64,000 nucleotides of DNA from Eledone cirrhosa (GCA_964016885.1 OZ024747.1:28334001-28398000), one strand, 5' to 3'; shown: positions 26,690 through 40,178, counted from the first letter of the stretch. The notes: generated from the letters alone by a model not told the origin. A program made the numbers and translations.

Positions 26690-27145
26690 GTGTATGTATG
26701 TATGTGTATGTATATGTATTTGTAGAGATGTGTGTATGTATGTGTATATATGTGCATAATTGTCTGACTGTGTGTATTTATTTATTATTTTTTTTATATA
26801 TATATATATATATGTATGTATATATATGTGTATATATATATATATATATGTGTATATATATATGTATATGTATATATATGTGTGTATGTATGTCTCTATA
26901 TTTATGTATGTCTGAGTGTGTGTGAGTGTGTGGTTGTGTGTATATATACATGGGTATGTGTGTGTATGTATATATACGTATATGTATGTGTGTGTGTGTA
27001 TATATATGTGTGTATATATATATGTGTGTATATATATATGTATATATATGTATATATATATGTATATATATGTGTATATATATATATGTATGTGTATGTA
27101 TGTGTGTATGTGTGTGTACATATATGTATATATGTGTGTTGTGCG

Positions 27146-27232
<87 letters not shown>

Positions 27233-27464
27233 CGGTGTGTATTTATATGTATGAGTATATGTTTTACTTGTTTATTTCTTTTATTATATTTCTTTTTATT
27301 TCTAAATTTATAGATACATTTTTATAAATATGCTGAGTCTGACACCCTCCTTAATTACTTACTCCCTTACCTACTTTTAATTCTGCATCTAGATGTAAGT
27401 GTATGTGGCCGTGTTTATGTGTGCGCCTCAATATCCATATAGTTATAATAATAATATATACGTA

Positions 27465-27497
<33 letters not shown>

Positions 27498-27797
27498 GGG
27501 TGTTCGTGGGTATGTGTGTGTTTATGTATATATGCATGTATGTGTATGAATATATGTATATGTGTGTATATATGTGTGTATATATGTATGTATATGTATG
27601 TATATTTTGTCTGTGGATTATAAACATACAGAGACATTAGCCCTGAATTTTTATATTTACATACACTTTTTCGACATGCGTATGCATGTGAACATACATT
27701 TTTATGCATATAAAAATGTATCTATAAATCTAGAAATAAAAAGAAATATAATAAAAGAAATAAACAAGTAAAACATATACTCATACATATAAATACA

Positions 27798-27877
<80 letters not shown>

Positions 27878-28227
27878 TACACATACTCACAACACACATA
27901 TATACATATATGTACACACACATACACACATACATACACATACATATATATATATACACATATATATACATAAAGACACATACCCATGTATATATACACA
28001 CAACCACACACTCACACACACTCAGACATACATAAATATAGAGACATACATACACACATATATATACATATACATATATATATACACATATATATATATA
28101 TATATACACATATATATATATAAAAAAAATAATAAATAAATACACACAGTCAGACAATTATGCACATATATACACATACATACACACATCTCTACAAATA
28201 CATATACATACACATACATACATACAC

Positions 28228-28305
<78 letters not shown>

Positions 28306-28532
28306 GATATTTTGCATTCTTGCAATATTATACACAACTGAATTCATTCGCCTAAAATAAGTGTTGCCTCCCTTGCTGAACTCCACGTGGAGTCAGTAAT
28401 AGTCACACTTTGGATTAGCATTTGAGCAAAAACCTGTTGATAAAGTGGCTTCCTTGTTCAATCATCTTACCAGAAGCCTAACATTTTTTATGTAAGCAGA
28501 CAGTACATGATTTAGGAGTCGCAGAAACCCAA

Positions 28533-28790
28533 ATACTGGATTTTACCAACCTTCCAGGGCTCCGGGTAAATTTTCAATCACATATATTTTTATTGTTTGA
28601 CCCGAATTACTTGGTCGTTTCTTTGGCTGTGCGGATGTTTTGTTTAACCATCATCTCAGTGTGTTTGGCCTTTAACGTATGTTGTAGCTCTGATTCATTC
28701 TGAATCATCGAGCGCTTGCCACACATCTCGGAAGTTGTTTTTCGTTAATTCCTAAGCCGAAATACGATTCTCGCTAATTTATATTTATAT
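28533..28790. repeat. Dispersed non-coding repeat (copy 1; copy 2 at 36091-36360), TA-associated
   Basis: Near-identical atactggattttacca...ttctcgctaatttatattt at both loci. Confidence 0.8.
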
Positions 28791-29189
28791 ATATATATAT
28801 ATATATATATAATAGAAATAAACGAAAGATATAACTTATAAGTTATATATTTTGTTTATTACTCTTATTATCATAATACTCCAGATAAATATTAACTGTT
28901 GAGTGCTTCGTATCTGTTATAAACATAAGTCAGTTGATTACATATCCACTAAGTCTTTAACTCATTATTTATATATATATAGCGTGGAAGATAGACGTTA
29001 AACGATGATGATGATGATATATATATCATTCAGTCATTCTTTTATTTTTATTTTCCTCCTACCTCACCTCTCTCAATTCCCTTCCGACTTGTTGCTCTGA
29101 TAATTCTATAATATAACCCACTTGTATTGTATGGCTTCCTAAACAAACCCACATCACTTTCATATGTATATATATATATATATATATAT

Positions 29190-29808
29190 GAAAAATGGCA
29201 TGCTGCGTGGTTGCACATGAATAAAATATATGAATAAAATTAGTCCTTCATCAGTGATCTTCCAACCTTCATTGGTATTTCTTCGCTTTAAAGATCATAT
29301 ACCTCTGGTTGGTGCGAGCAATAACTAAAGAAAGTTATTGGGATACGTAAAATAGGGTGACGCGAGCGAGACATGTAAACAAACAGAGATGGTAATGCAA
29401 CAATATATTTATATTTTTTCCTCCGCTGCGACCTGTCTGTTTATTTCTTACTGCTTCCCCTTTCTCTGTATCTCTCACCATCTTTTTACCCCCTCTGCCG
29501 GTCGCTCTCTCTCGGCTGGCCTCTTCCTCACACTTTCACTCACTCACTCTCTACTTCTCCCCCTCTCTCACTTCCTCCAGTTTGACCTGTGTGAAATCCT
29601 TTTCTCGCTCACATCTCACCCAGGTCGGATGGTCTTTACCTCTCGTCTATGATTTCACTGAACTTAAGTTCACAGATATCACGGACTTGTTTCTCCTCTT
29701 CCTCTCTTTCCGTTGCATTACCATCTCTGTTTGTTTACATGTCTCGCTCGCTTCACCCTATTTTACGTGTCCCAATAACTTTCTTTAGTTATTGCTCGCA
29801 CCAACTAG

Positions 29809-29815
<7 letters not shown>
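29190..29815. mobile_element. Non-coding element with about 105-bp inverted repeat, flanked by (TA)n; probably PLE-derived
   Basis: 29297-29400 is the reverse complement of 29713-29816; an isolated CUGAUGA lies on the minus strand at 29248-29254. Confidence 0.55.
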
Positions 29816-29872
<57 letters not shown>

Positions 29873-29965
29873 ATATGTATGTGTTTATATATTGAAAATT
29901 TATACTCTGCTATGTATTGAGTGTCTTACTTACTGTGGTTATCCCCGATTGAACCTGGGATACAC

Positions 29966-29996
<31 letters not shown>

Positions 29997-30015
29997 TATA
30001 TATATATATAGATAC

Positions 30016-30330
30016 GTGGGATCAACGGCAACATCGTTTAAATCTCGATTATATAGGCATTCTTACTCAATAAAACACCAGAGCCAAAGAAATGTAACAA
30101 CTTTAGCAGAAAAAGCCTGGACGCTCAGCGATAGCGATCAAAAGTTTACCCTAAAATGGGAGAAATTAGCTAAAACCCAAAGCTTTTCCAGGGGCCAAAA
30201 TTTCTGCAAATTGTGTAAAAGAGATTTATTACATAATCACATACAAGAAGAAATTGCTGAATAACAGAATTGAACGAACATTATTCTGCCGTCACAGAAC
30301 TAAAACCCTTTTTTCCCACTACACGCCGAA
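30016..30330 (+). pseudogene. PLE GIY-YIG endonuclease C-terminal remnant
   Basis: (Y)VGSTATSFKSRLYRH...TTLAEKAWTL...LKWEKL...CKLC, then after a frameshift LNNRIE...CRHR. Confidence 0.75.
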
Positions 30331-30451
30331 TATTACATAAAAGAGGGACATCCCCCAACTATATAAACCTCAATCTAGTTAGAAAAATATAAAAACAATC
30401 TCTTCTCAACATATATTAATAACCTTAATTACCACACTAATAATGGAAAGA

Positions 30452-30509
30452 TATGCTGATGAGAATAGGTGCAAATATGCGATAATGAATGTGTCTAAAA
30501 ACGTCCATA
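30452..30509 (+). ncRNA. Degenerate hammerhead motif downstream of the GIY-YIG remnant
   Basis: tatg-CUGAUGA-...-AAAA-cg-UC-cata; GAAA mutated and stem II weak. Confidence 0.4.
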
Positions 30510-30606
30510 AGTATGTATATATATGTGAAAATGTATATAAATAAGTAAATATATATATATGTTTGATGTGTATAGTTAGATGTAAGTGTATTCATGTATT
30601 AAAATG

Positions 30607-30643
<37 letters not shown>

Positions 30644-31209
30644 ATATATATATATATATATAGATGTGTATGTATGTGTATATGTGTACACATAGACTAG
30701 AGTATGCATGTATATATATGTGTGTGTCTATACGTGTGTATATAAAGATAAGTTGAGTATGAAAATGTATACACATGAACGCGTATGTATGTACATGAAT
30801 ACATGTGTGTATATATATATATGTATGCATGTGTATATGTATGTAAGTATGAATATGTGAATGTGAGTATATGTATTTTGTAGAGGTGTGCAAATATATT
30901 TGTGTGTGAATGCGTGGGTGAAAGGATACGTACACTTGAAAGAAAAATTTAAGTCTGAATGTTAATTAAGTGCAAACACAAAACCAACCACGCATATCTT
31001 TACTATCTCTAATCCTTCTATAAATTTAGAAAAATAACCAATAATATATTCTATAAAAATGTCAAAACAACAGATGGGAATCTAATTACTCACTGCCACC
31101 AAAAATTCTCACTGCTATCAAAAAACCACTCCCTCAACTTCTTCTTCTAACAACTTCACCCCTCCCTCCTAATATTCTCTATAAAAACCCAAATAGGTCC
31201 TCAGTAATA

Positions 31210-31330
31210 TTATTCTGATGAAATGACAGTAAATAATAACATTGAAATATTGAATGTCTGCATAACTAAAACTTTGTAGATAGCAGCCGTTTTCAGGTTA
31301 TGTAACTGTTATAGAAACACGTGTCAATAA
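31210..31330 (+). ncRNA. Type I hammerhead ribozyme motif with about 90-nt stem II domain
   Basis: ttatt-CUGAUGA-aatgacagt...(tgcataact/ggttatgta)...actgttata-GAAA-cacgtg-UC-aataa; GUC at 31323-31325. Confidence 0.8.
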
Positions 31331-31364
31331 ATTCCTTTCAACTAAACTGTATCCATTCAAATCT

Positions 31365-31421
<57 letters not shown>

Positions 31422-31554
31422 CAGTCGATCGACAAGATCCCAACCCTCATTCGCTTAACGAGTGGGATGAAGCTCAACAAATCAGCCCAAGGAAACAATG
31501 TTTCCGTTGGTCTTTCCAATTGTTAATACTATGCTGGTCATAAGGCCAGGCAGA

Positions 31555-31672
31555 AGGAGCAGTGTGAAATAAAGTGTCTTGCTCAAGGACATACCGCATG
31601 GCCAGGTCCGGGAATTGAAATCAGAACCTCACAATTGCAAATCCAATTCTCTAACCACTCAGCCATATGCCA
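31555..31672 (-). mobile_element. tRNA-head SINE 5' part (second family; also 46340-46460)
   Basis: Minus strand GGCATATGGCTGAGTGGTTAGAG A box, TTCAATTCCCGG B-like box, CTTGAGCAAGACACTTTATTTCAC core. Confidence 0.65.
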
Positions 31673-31678
31673 ATATAC

Positions 31679-31948
31679 ATCCAGTCCGAAATAAATGAGG
31701 TCGTGTAGGTGTCATGAAAAAAAAACATACAGTCCACGCTGCAATGTGGCTGTGTAGGTAACATGGTAAAACCTCCCAGTTCACACTGTAAACGTGGTTG
31801 GTGTTAGAAAGGGCATCCAGCCGTAGAAAACCTGCCAGACAGTCCTATATGAGCAAGACAACCAATCTTGCCTCAAGTGGGAAAACTCCCGTCCAAACCC
31901 ATGCAAGCGTGGAAGATGGACGTTAAACGATGATGATGATGATGATGA

Positions 31949-31952
<4 letters not shown>
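31679..31952 (+). mobile_element. RTE 3'UTR copy with (GAT)n tail immediately upstream of the long RTE
   Basis: Matches 35265-35535. Confidence 0.8.
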
Positions 31953-32020
<68 letters not shown>

Positions 32021-32024
<4 letters not shown>

Positions 32025-35000
32025 CCTCTTGGACGAGAATGCGAGCACTCCTCATTGTTTCGACCGCGGACGGCTAACATAACCCCATCGCCCCCCGCCC
32101 CTCACCGCCCCCAACCCCCAAACGCAATCCAAAACCTCAGAGTTGGTACCATAAATGTAGGCACCCTAAAGGGTCGCGCTAACGAGGTTGTAGAAATGCT
32201 TGAACGTAAGGAGGTCGATGTTTGTTGTATTCAAGAGACCAGGTGGAGGGGTGGGTCTGCTAGGTTCATTGAGGGTAAAAAACGATGTTATAAGCTTTTC
32301 TGGGTGGGAAACGACGATGGGCTGGGTGGAGTAGGAATCATGGTAGCAGAAAAGTGGGCAGATAAGATAATAGACGTAAATAGAGTGAACGACAGAATAA
32401 TTAAAATACGACTTGTCCTCAATAGAACTACGGTGACAGTAATATCTGCGTACGCACCCCAATCCGGACTGCCCGACACTATAAAAGACAGATTCTATGA
32501 GACACTGATGCTAACTACCTCCCAAATATCCGACAGTGACTATATAATTATCGCAGGCGACCTAAATGGTCACGTTGGACAACATTGTGACGGCTATGAC
32601 GAAATCCATGGAGGCTATGGGTTTGGTACTAGAAATGAGGAAGGCTCCAGAATCCTGGAATTCTGTGATGCAAATAACCTAACTATCTGTAACACTAACT
32701 TCAAAAAACGTGACAATCGCCTGATCACCTATAGATCCGGGGAACACACAAGCCAGGTAGATTATATCCTTACCAGAAGACGTGACAGAGTGTCTGTTGT
32801 AAACACTAAATCCCTCCCCCATGAAGAATGCACCTCCCAACATAGACTGATGATTAGCGACCTCATAGTCAGGACGAGACGTACTCGACAACAGAAGAGG
32901 ACTATCCTCAGGAGGAAAATATGGAAGCTAAAGGACCCCACAGCCAGGAATAAATTTCAAAGCATATTACTTGATGCTTTCGACAGTAAGGAAGAACATT
33001 TAGAGTCGGACAATATAGAGGGAGAGTGGGAATTTCTGAAAGCAAACCTGCTGTTGGCGACAGACGAAGTCTGTGGCTGGAGCAGGCCTGTAGGCAGGAG
33101 GAGAGTAACATGGTGGTGGAACAGTAAGGTGGAGGGGTCAATTAAGGCCAAAAAGCAGGCTTGGAAAGTATGGCGGGATGGGGGAAGTAGAGAGGACTAT
33201 CAAGTGGCCAGGAGGGAAGCTAGGAGACAAGTGTACTTAGCAAGAAGGGAAGCTGAGGAAAGAAAGTTCAAGCATGTTCTACAACGCGATGACCAAAAAC
33301 GTGAGGTGTTCAGGATTGCTAGGCAATGCGTCAAGGAAAACCGTGATATTGTCGGGGAGAAGTGTGTACTAAACGACGATGGCACACTTGCCATCACCGA
33401 CGCTGATAAGAAGGTAGCTTGGAAGTGTCACTATGAAAGGCTACTAAATGAGGAGAATAATTGGGAGAAAGGCAGTCTCCCCCATATCGACCCAATAGAG
33501 GGACCAGCAGTGTTAGTCGAGGGGAGTATAATAAGTAAGGCAATCAAGGACATGAAGACTGGTAAGGCGGCTGGGCCTTCGGAAATAGTTGCTGAGATGC
33601 TGAAGGCATCTGGCACGGTGGGACACACCATGGTCACCCGCATAGTTAACCAAGTCGTACAGAATGGGGTTGTTCCGAAGGACTGGCATAGCAGCATCAT
33701 CGTTAACTGTTATAAGGGTAAAGGAGACGCCCTAGATAGGAGTAACTATAGAGGCATTAAATTAATCGACCAGGTCATGAAGGTCACGGAAAAAGTAATA
33801 GCGCAACTAATCAGAGAGAGAATTGACCTAGATGAAATGCAGTTCGGGTTTGTGTCAGGCAAAAGTACCACAGACGCTCTTTTCATAGTACGACAACTAC
33901 AGGAGAAGTACCTAGCTAAAGGTAAACCCCTCTACTTAGCTTTTGTCGACTTGGAGAAAGCCTTCGACAGAGTCCCCCGCTCCATTATCTGGTGGGCTCT
34001 TAGAAAACTAGGCGTTGACGAATGGCTTGTGAGGGCTATACAAGCCATGTATAAAGAAACAGTCAGCAAGGTTAGAATTAACAACGAATATAGTGAAGAG
34101 TTTAGCGTAAAAGTTGGCGTCCATCAGGGCTCTGTTCTCAGTCCACTACTATTTATTATTGCCCTTCAGGCTATAACAGAGGAGTTCAAGACAGGCTGCC
34201 CATGGGAACTCCTATACGCAGACGACCTGACACTCATAGCGGAATCAATGGCCGAGCTAGAGAAGAAATTCCAAACATGGAAGCACGGCCTAGAGTCAAA
34301 AGGACTTAAAATTAACCTGGCTAAGACCAAAGTACTAGTTTGTAGGAAAGAAAACAAGGCGGCGGTCCCTTCTGGGAAATGGTCGTGCTCGGTGTGTAGG
34401 AAAGGCGTAGGTAGAAACTCCATTTTATGTCCTAAATGCAAAGTATGGGTGCATAAAAGATGTAGTGGGATCACAGGTAAGCTAACTAAGAACATAGATT
34501 TTACATGTGGCCGGTGCTCTGGTGCAATAAGTAGCAGCAAGTGCCCACAAACTACTAGCTCCTTCAATTGCGCAGAGGGTTCTATAGAAATAGTGGACAG
34601 CTTCCGTTACCTGGGCGATAAAATCAGCAGTGGGGGAGGGTGCTCTGAAAGTACTGTAGCTAGAGTCAGAACTGGTTAGAAAAAGTTCAGAGAGCTTATA
34701 CCACTATTAGCTGCTAAAGGGTTCTCACTAAAAATGAAAGGCAGGTTGTACGATGCCTGCATACGAACAGCAATGCTGCATGGCAGTGAGACCTGGGCAT
34801 TGTGTGCAGAGGATATACGCAGACTAGAGAGGAACGAAGCTTGCATGCTCCGCTGGATGTGTAACAGTAATATACGTGAACGGCAAAGCATAAACGAACT
34901 AAGGAAAAAATTAGAGATAAGAGGGATCAGATGTTGTTTACTCGAGAGAAGGCTACGTTGGTATGGACACGTGATGCGCATGAAAGTCGATAGCTGTATA

Positions 35001-35532
35001 ACAAAGTGCAGGGCAATAAAGATAGACGGTAGTCACGGAATAGGCAGACCTAGAAAAACCTGGGACGAGCTGATAAACTCCGACATCACACACTTACACC
35101 TCTCCAAGACAATGTCACTGGACCGAGACCTTTGGCGGTACTCAGTAACAGAGAAGACCCGCCTTACCTAAATATATAGTAAACCCCGTCCCACCACCAC
35201 CACCCCCACCCGATCCACACCACCCCGTTCTATGTAAAGTTATGTTGGTGCCGCGCCATCGAGGCCGAAACAAATGAGATCGTGTAGGTGTCACGACAAA
35301 AAAACACACAGTCCACGCTGTAATGTGGCCGTGTAGGCAACACAGTAAAAACCTCCCAGACCCACACTGTAAATGTGGTTGGTGTTAGGAAGGGCATCCA
35401 ACTGTAGAAAACCTGCCAGACAGTCCTATGCGAGCAAGACAATCACTCTTGCCTCAAGTGGGACTACCCCCGTCCAAACCCATGCAAGCGTGGAACACGG
35501 ACGTTAAACGTTGATGATGATGATGATGATGA

Positions 35533-35535
<3 letters not shown>
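32021..35535 (+). mobile_element. Near full-length RTE-clade LINE (APE endonuclease, RT, PHD-type finger) inserted in (TA)n
   Basis: Single frame 32055-35171 with GTINVG, IQETRW, GDLN, SQVDYIL, YRGIKL, FVDLEKAFD, GVHQGSVLSP, LLYADD. 3'UTR ends in (GAT)n and TA tracts flank both sides. Confidence 0.95.
32055..35171 (+). pseudogene. RTE ORF with a single in-frame stop (TGG>TAG at 34677-34679)
   Basis: ORFs 32055-34679 and 34734-35171 share a frame. The paralog near 7110 has W at this position (RMGWKKF). Confidence 0.88.
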
Positions 35536-35572
<37 letters not shown>

Positions 35573-35576
<4 letters not shown>

Positions 35577-35863
35577 ATAATAATAAATTTGAAGACTAAA
35601 ATACAAAGAGGGCTCGATAAGGATGAATATATATCAAATTGTTTTTCACCGCTCCTATTAATGACGTATTATATTCGTTTTTTCCCGTTCTTTGCCAGGA
35701 AACGTTTCCACGAACCAAAGTATCGTCTTCCTGTCTTCCTCCGGTTGCAACGTTTTTTTGAAATATCCACTTCTGCGTTTACAGATTGACTTTGCTAGTT
35801 TCAGAAGATCCCGTTAAGGGTGAAAGCAACGATTCTTTATTTAAACTTTAATCTGTTATTTTA

Positions 35864-35903
<40 letters not shown>

Positions 35904-36059
35904 CAAGGCTCTGATACCATCAACACTATAAACACAGAGCTGGCATATCTAAGAACTGACTAACTGCCTGATGAGGACATAGCCATTCAATGGCTATCAT
36001 CGAAATATATATAGCAGTAAATAAAGGATTATGAGTTCATGCAATTGACTTATGTTTCG

Positions 36060-36094
<35 letters not shown>

Positions 36095-36572
36095 TGGATT
36101 TTACCATCAGTCCAGGGTCCGGGAAAGTATCAACATATATATATATATATATATATTTTTATTGTTTGACCCGAATTACTTGGTCGTTTTGTTTTGGCTG
36201 TGCGGATGATATGTTTAACCATCATCTCAGTGTGTTTGGCCCTCAACGTATGTTGTAGCTCTGATTCATATGATTCATCGAGCGCTTGCCACACATATCG
36301 GACGTTGATTTTCGTTAATTCCTGAGCTGAAAACGATTCTCGCTAATTTATATTTATATATATATATATATATATTTATTAAAATAACAGATTAAAGTTT
36401 AAGCAAAGAATCGCTGCTTTCACCCTTAACGGAATCTTCTGAAACTCAGAAGATCCCGTTAAGGGTGAAATAAAATAAATATTTGCTCTATGGTTCTTAT
36501 ATATTTGATATATATTTATCCTTATCGAGCCCTCTTTGGATTTTAGTCTTCAAATTTATTATTATTACTATA
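35573..36572. mobile_element. Nested non-coding inverted-repeat element(s)
   Basis: 35573-35640 is the reverse complement of about 36503-36572, and 35798-35870 of 36372-36445. The central TA tract hosts further insertions. Confidence 0.6.
35963..36018 (+). ncRNA. Type I hammerhead ribozyme motif (related to the 3155/5627 family)
   Basis: actgc-CUGAUGA-ggacatagcca/ttcaa/tggctatcatc-GAAA-tatata-UA-gcagt. Confidence 0.8.
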
Positions 36573-37179
36573 TATATATATAAAAAGAATCTCTGCAACA
36601 AAACAAATATTTCTATATTTCTTAAGTCAAATAAATTTAAGTTTTATCAAATATTACTGATTTCGATTGGCTACAACAAACATATTAAAAAATTCTGTCC
36701 TCAAATTTTGTGAGATGTTAAACATATGGGTATTTTCTATCAAAGCTTCTTCTTTATATATATTTTAGTGTAGTTGAGGTGGTGAGGGTAAAAGTAGGGC
36801 TCTACTGGTCAGGGTTCAATTGATTTAATAGAAAATTCAATTGACTCAAATATAAATTTTTTTTTTTCAATTCAAATAAAAATCCAGATAATATTATGAT
36901 GTCTTGTAGTCTGTGTGTGCAAGCACGTGTGTGTGTATATGTCAAATATCACATGTGCTTACATGGTAAAAGATGGTTAAAAGACTTAAAACACTCAGAA
37001 AATGTTTAAAATAGTCATTATAAATAAACGCTTTTCAAATGCTGAGAATATCAAATTCTGGATTATGACACTTGCTTCAAAGATTTACGCAGTCCTAAAA
37101 TATACCTTGTATCATTCTATTTTCCTTTGGGAGGGAACATAAAATAAAATTCTACAATAAAATCTGAAAATGTTCTCAC

Positions 37180-37451
37180 CTGTTTTTCACCAGCCAAAAG
37201 TCCTTGCCATTTTCAGTACCATAACCAACAGCCAACACACCATGGTCAAGGGCTGTAGAACTACATTCCTCTTCACTGTAAACACCATGTGTGTACAGCT
37301 GGAATGATGAGTGACCAGCATCGATAGCTACAGAAATTGGTCCAACTTTGGCAACTGCACTTTTCAAATCATCTTCACTCCCAGCTTTCACATCAACGAA
37401 GCCTGTAACTGTAGCTGCAATATCACTCTTCTTAAATCGGCAATCATCATC
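37180..37451 (-). CDS. CTSL: Cathepsin L-like gene B, coding exon 6
   Basis: [21 protein letters not shown]...[12 protein letters not shown]...[23 protein letters not shown]. Confidence 0.95.
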
Positions 37452-39043
37452 CTGTAATAAATAATACAAAGTTAATATAAAGTATGCAGTTCAATGCTTC
37501 ATGGACCCATAATTCACCACAGAGTTGTTGTACTGCTCTCATCAGTGGCCGACTGACCAGGTTGCCAGGTTGCCCATTGGAAAGTAACATTGCAGGGCCT
37601 ACTGCAGTATTTTAGGGGCCAATACTTTGCTTTAAAAAAAAACTTTTAAAAAAATAGTCTAAGAGAAAGAATACATTTTTTCAAAAATAAATAAAACAAC
37701 TAAGCAAAGCATTTGGTCAACCAATTCCCCAGGGAATAAATAGAAACCAAAATATATGATAGTGCAGATAGTTGGAATCAGTGGTTGTACATTCTACTAA
37801 ATCTAAAGCTTAGTGTATTCATTCATGCATGCAAACGTACATATATATACACACACACACATATATATAGGAAAAAGTATGACCCCGTTTCGACGGCTAT
37901 TTCAGTCCAGAAATAGCCGTCGAAACGGCTTGAGTTCTGCCGTTGGGGTCATACTTTTTTCCTATTACCCACTCTACTACCCTAAGTATTGAGTACTCTG
38001 GTGCGTTATGGTCCATCTGGTTCCTTACCACAATTCCTTCGTTACTTATATATATATATAGACTTACACATACACGTGAACTACTGACCAAATAATTGTT
38101 TCTACCAAATAATGTTTGGTATCAATGGGTTAAAGACATCTGTCAAATCAATTAGTGGTGAAGGTGGTGTATATATATATTTATATACACCACCTTCAAC
38201 ACTAATTGATATATATATATATTTACATAGAGTGAGAGTGAAAGACCAAAGGTCATCATTGAAAATCTCTGGATGTCGCAAAATACGTAATATTTTTTAT
38301 TGGAGAAGGTAAGATATTTTTCCGCAAACATTTGATTGCATTGTTTTGTTTCCACTTATGTACTTTTTGAAAATGTTATTTATTTATTATAAAAATTAAA
38401 TGATAACATTCTATATGTAGGTCGGCCCACTTCATCTTCTGGCAACCAATATCTTTAGACCCAGTCCGCCACAGCCTGTCATGAGATACAGCATATCTTG
38501 GGCGTTATTTATATTCTTTTGTTGCCAAGGAAGTAATGCCATATTTTCTTTTTCTTTATTTTTCTTCACTTCACATGTTATACATAAATTTATCCTTTTA
38601 ACTAACTGTGATCCATGGCACTGACTAAACAATTGTGAAGCATTAAACATGTTAAGAACTTGACTCCATCTCTTTCTTTGCTTACACACACACACACGCA
38701 CGCATATAAGTTGATATGTTCTATTGTACATGTATATCATTAGATATATATGTATGTAATATTTTGTAATGATTAATTGCTCAGATTTATTCTTTGAGCT
38801 TATTCTTTAGGGATAAGGTGCATGTTTGAGATTATCTCAAACATGACATATTTAATTTTAAACATTATATATATATGTATATGCATGTATGTATGTGTAT
38901 GAGCATATGTATATATATCTGTGTATGTATATGTGTGTGTGCATCTAAGTATTGATATTGGTATTTCACAGTGACATTCAGACAGCTGGGATGAAAATAG
39001 ATAATAAAAATATGAAAGAAACAACAATTATATGTAAGTTTAC

Positions 39044-39144
39044 CTGGGCCTCATATGGATAAGATTCTTCGGAATCGATACCTCCATTTCCTTTGATATA
39101 TTTGAATCCTAGATCCATAAGTCCACCTTCACAGCCATTGTTTC
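39044..39144 (-). CDS. CTSL: Cathepsin L-like gene B, coding exon 5
   Basis: (G)[33 protein letters not shown]. Confidence 0.95.
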
Positions 39145-39409
39145 CTATGTACAACATAGTTTAATTAGCAATAACACTAACACGGCCTGATTCATTATAG
39201 AAGTGTATACGAAAGCATAGACAACATATTCATGTACAATAAACATAAACAAATCTCACTGGGAGTATTTTAAACTGTGATCATGTCAGAGCTACCTCAG
39301 TGTCCATGTAAGAATACCAAACAATAGTGTTTCAGAATTTTTATCCATCTTCAGTAACAATTACTCATTTGGTACTTAGGCAAAAAAAAGGAAATAACTT
39401 ATATATGAT

Positions 39410-40145
39410 ACATTTAAGGGATGGAGGTAGAGAATGTGTCTCAATTTCCCAACCTCAGAGCGGTCCTAGCCGAGAATGCAATATCAAGTAAAGACATTCA
39501 ATGAAGGATCCAGGTAGTAAGTGTTGCATTTGAGTGACTCAACAAGAGAGTCTTCCAGAACAGAGATTTGAAAAGGGAAACAAAGCTCATGGTGTATAAA
39601 GCAGTGGTATTTCCCACACTTTTGTATGACCCTGAGATATGGACATTGTACAGGAAAGATATAAAAAAACTGGAGGCCTTTCATCAGAGGAAACTTCGGG
39701 CCATCATGAACATCAAGGCAGAATAAAGTGAGCAACTCCATGGTACTCAACAGAGCTGTCAGTAGAAGTATCAAAAGCACAATAATGGTACAATGCTCGC
39801 AATGGGCGGGCCATGTCACATGCATAAAGGAATGCAGGCTACCCAAGAAAGTTTTCTACAGTGATTTGACTGAAGGAAAATACCATCTTGGTGCACCAAA
39901 GAGGTGCTTCTAAGACCAACTTAAGCGAACACTTAAAAGCTGTGACTTGGACCACAACAACTGTGAATCTGATGTGCAGCACAGGGAGCTTTGGAGGAAG
40001 AAGGTGAAAACGGGCACAGCATACTTTGAGTTGGTGAGGAGAGACACACTTAAGATGAGGAAACAGGACAAACTGAACAAAGCATTGCAGCCCCATCCTC
40101 CGCCACATATCCAATGCCCAAACTGCCCCCGGCTCTTTCGTGCAT
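39410..40145 (+). pseudogene. Degenerate RTE/BovB-like LINE 3' ORF fragment
   Basis: KLMVYKAVV..TLLY, WAGHVT..LPKKVFYSDL, CPNCPR. Confidence 0.75.
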
Positions 40146-40178
40146 AACTCTATATTCTGACAAGAGTGAAGAGTCAAT

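Larger units (their letters stand above)
24650..28300 (+). mobile_element. 5'-truncated PLE with inverted pLTR, GIY-YIG C-terminus, tandem repeats and fold-back end
   Basis: About 25000-25376 is the reverse complement of 27330-27710, and 27710-28290 is the reverse complement of about 26620-27325. 25374-25505 translates SRLCSQELFEIMKSKDILLNKRQELIISCNHKLRKTFKYYKPN*. Confidence 0.7.

Noticed and set aside
26429-28386. Long Y/I/H/T/V/C-rich ORFs (also 3694-4114, 30576-30935, 51084-51788)
   Set aside because: Translations of (TA)n/(CA)n microsatellites with no protein motifs.
32021-32140. Expected HDV-like ribozyme at the RTE 5' end
   Set aside because: Could not build the double pseudoknot by eye; the element is probably 5'-truncated.
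32166-34981. Minus-strand ORFs overlapping the RTE
   Set aside because: Antisense shadows of the long plus-strand ORF.
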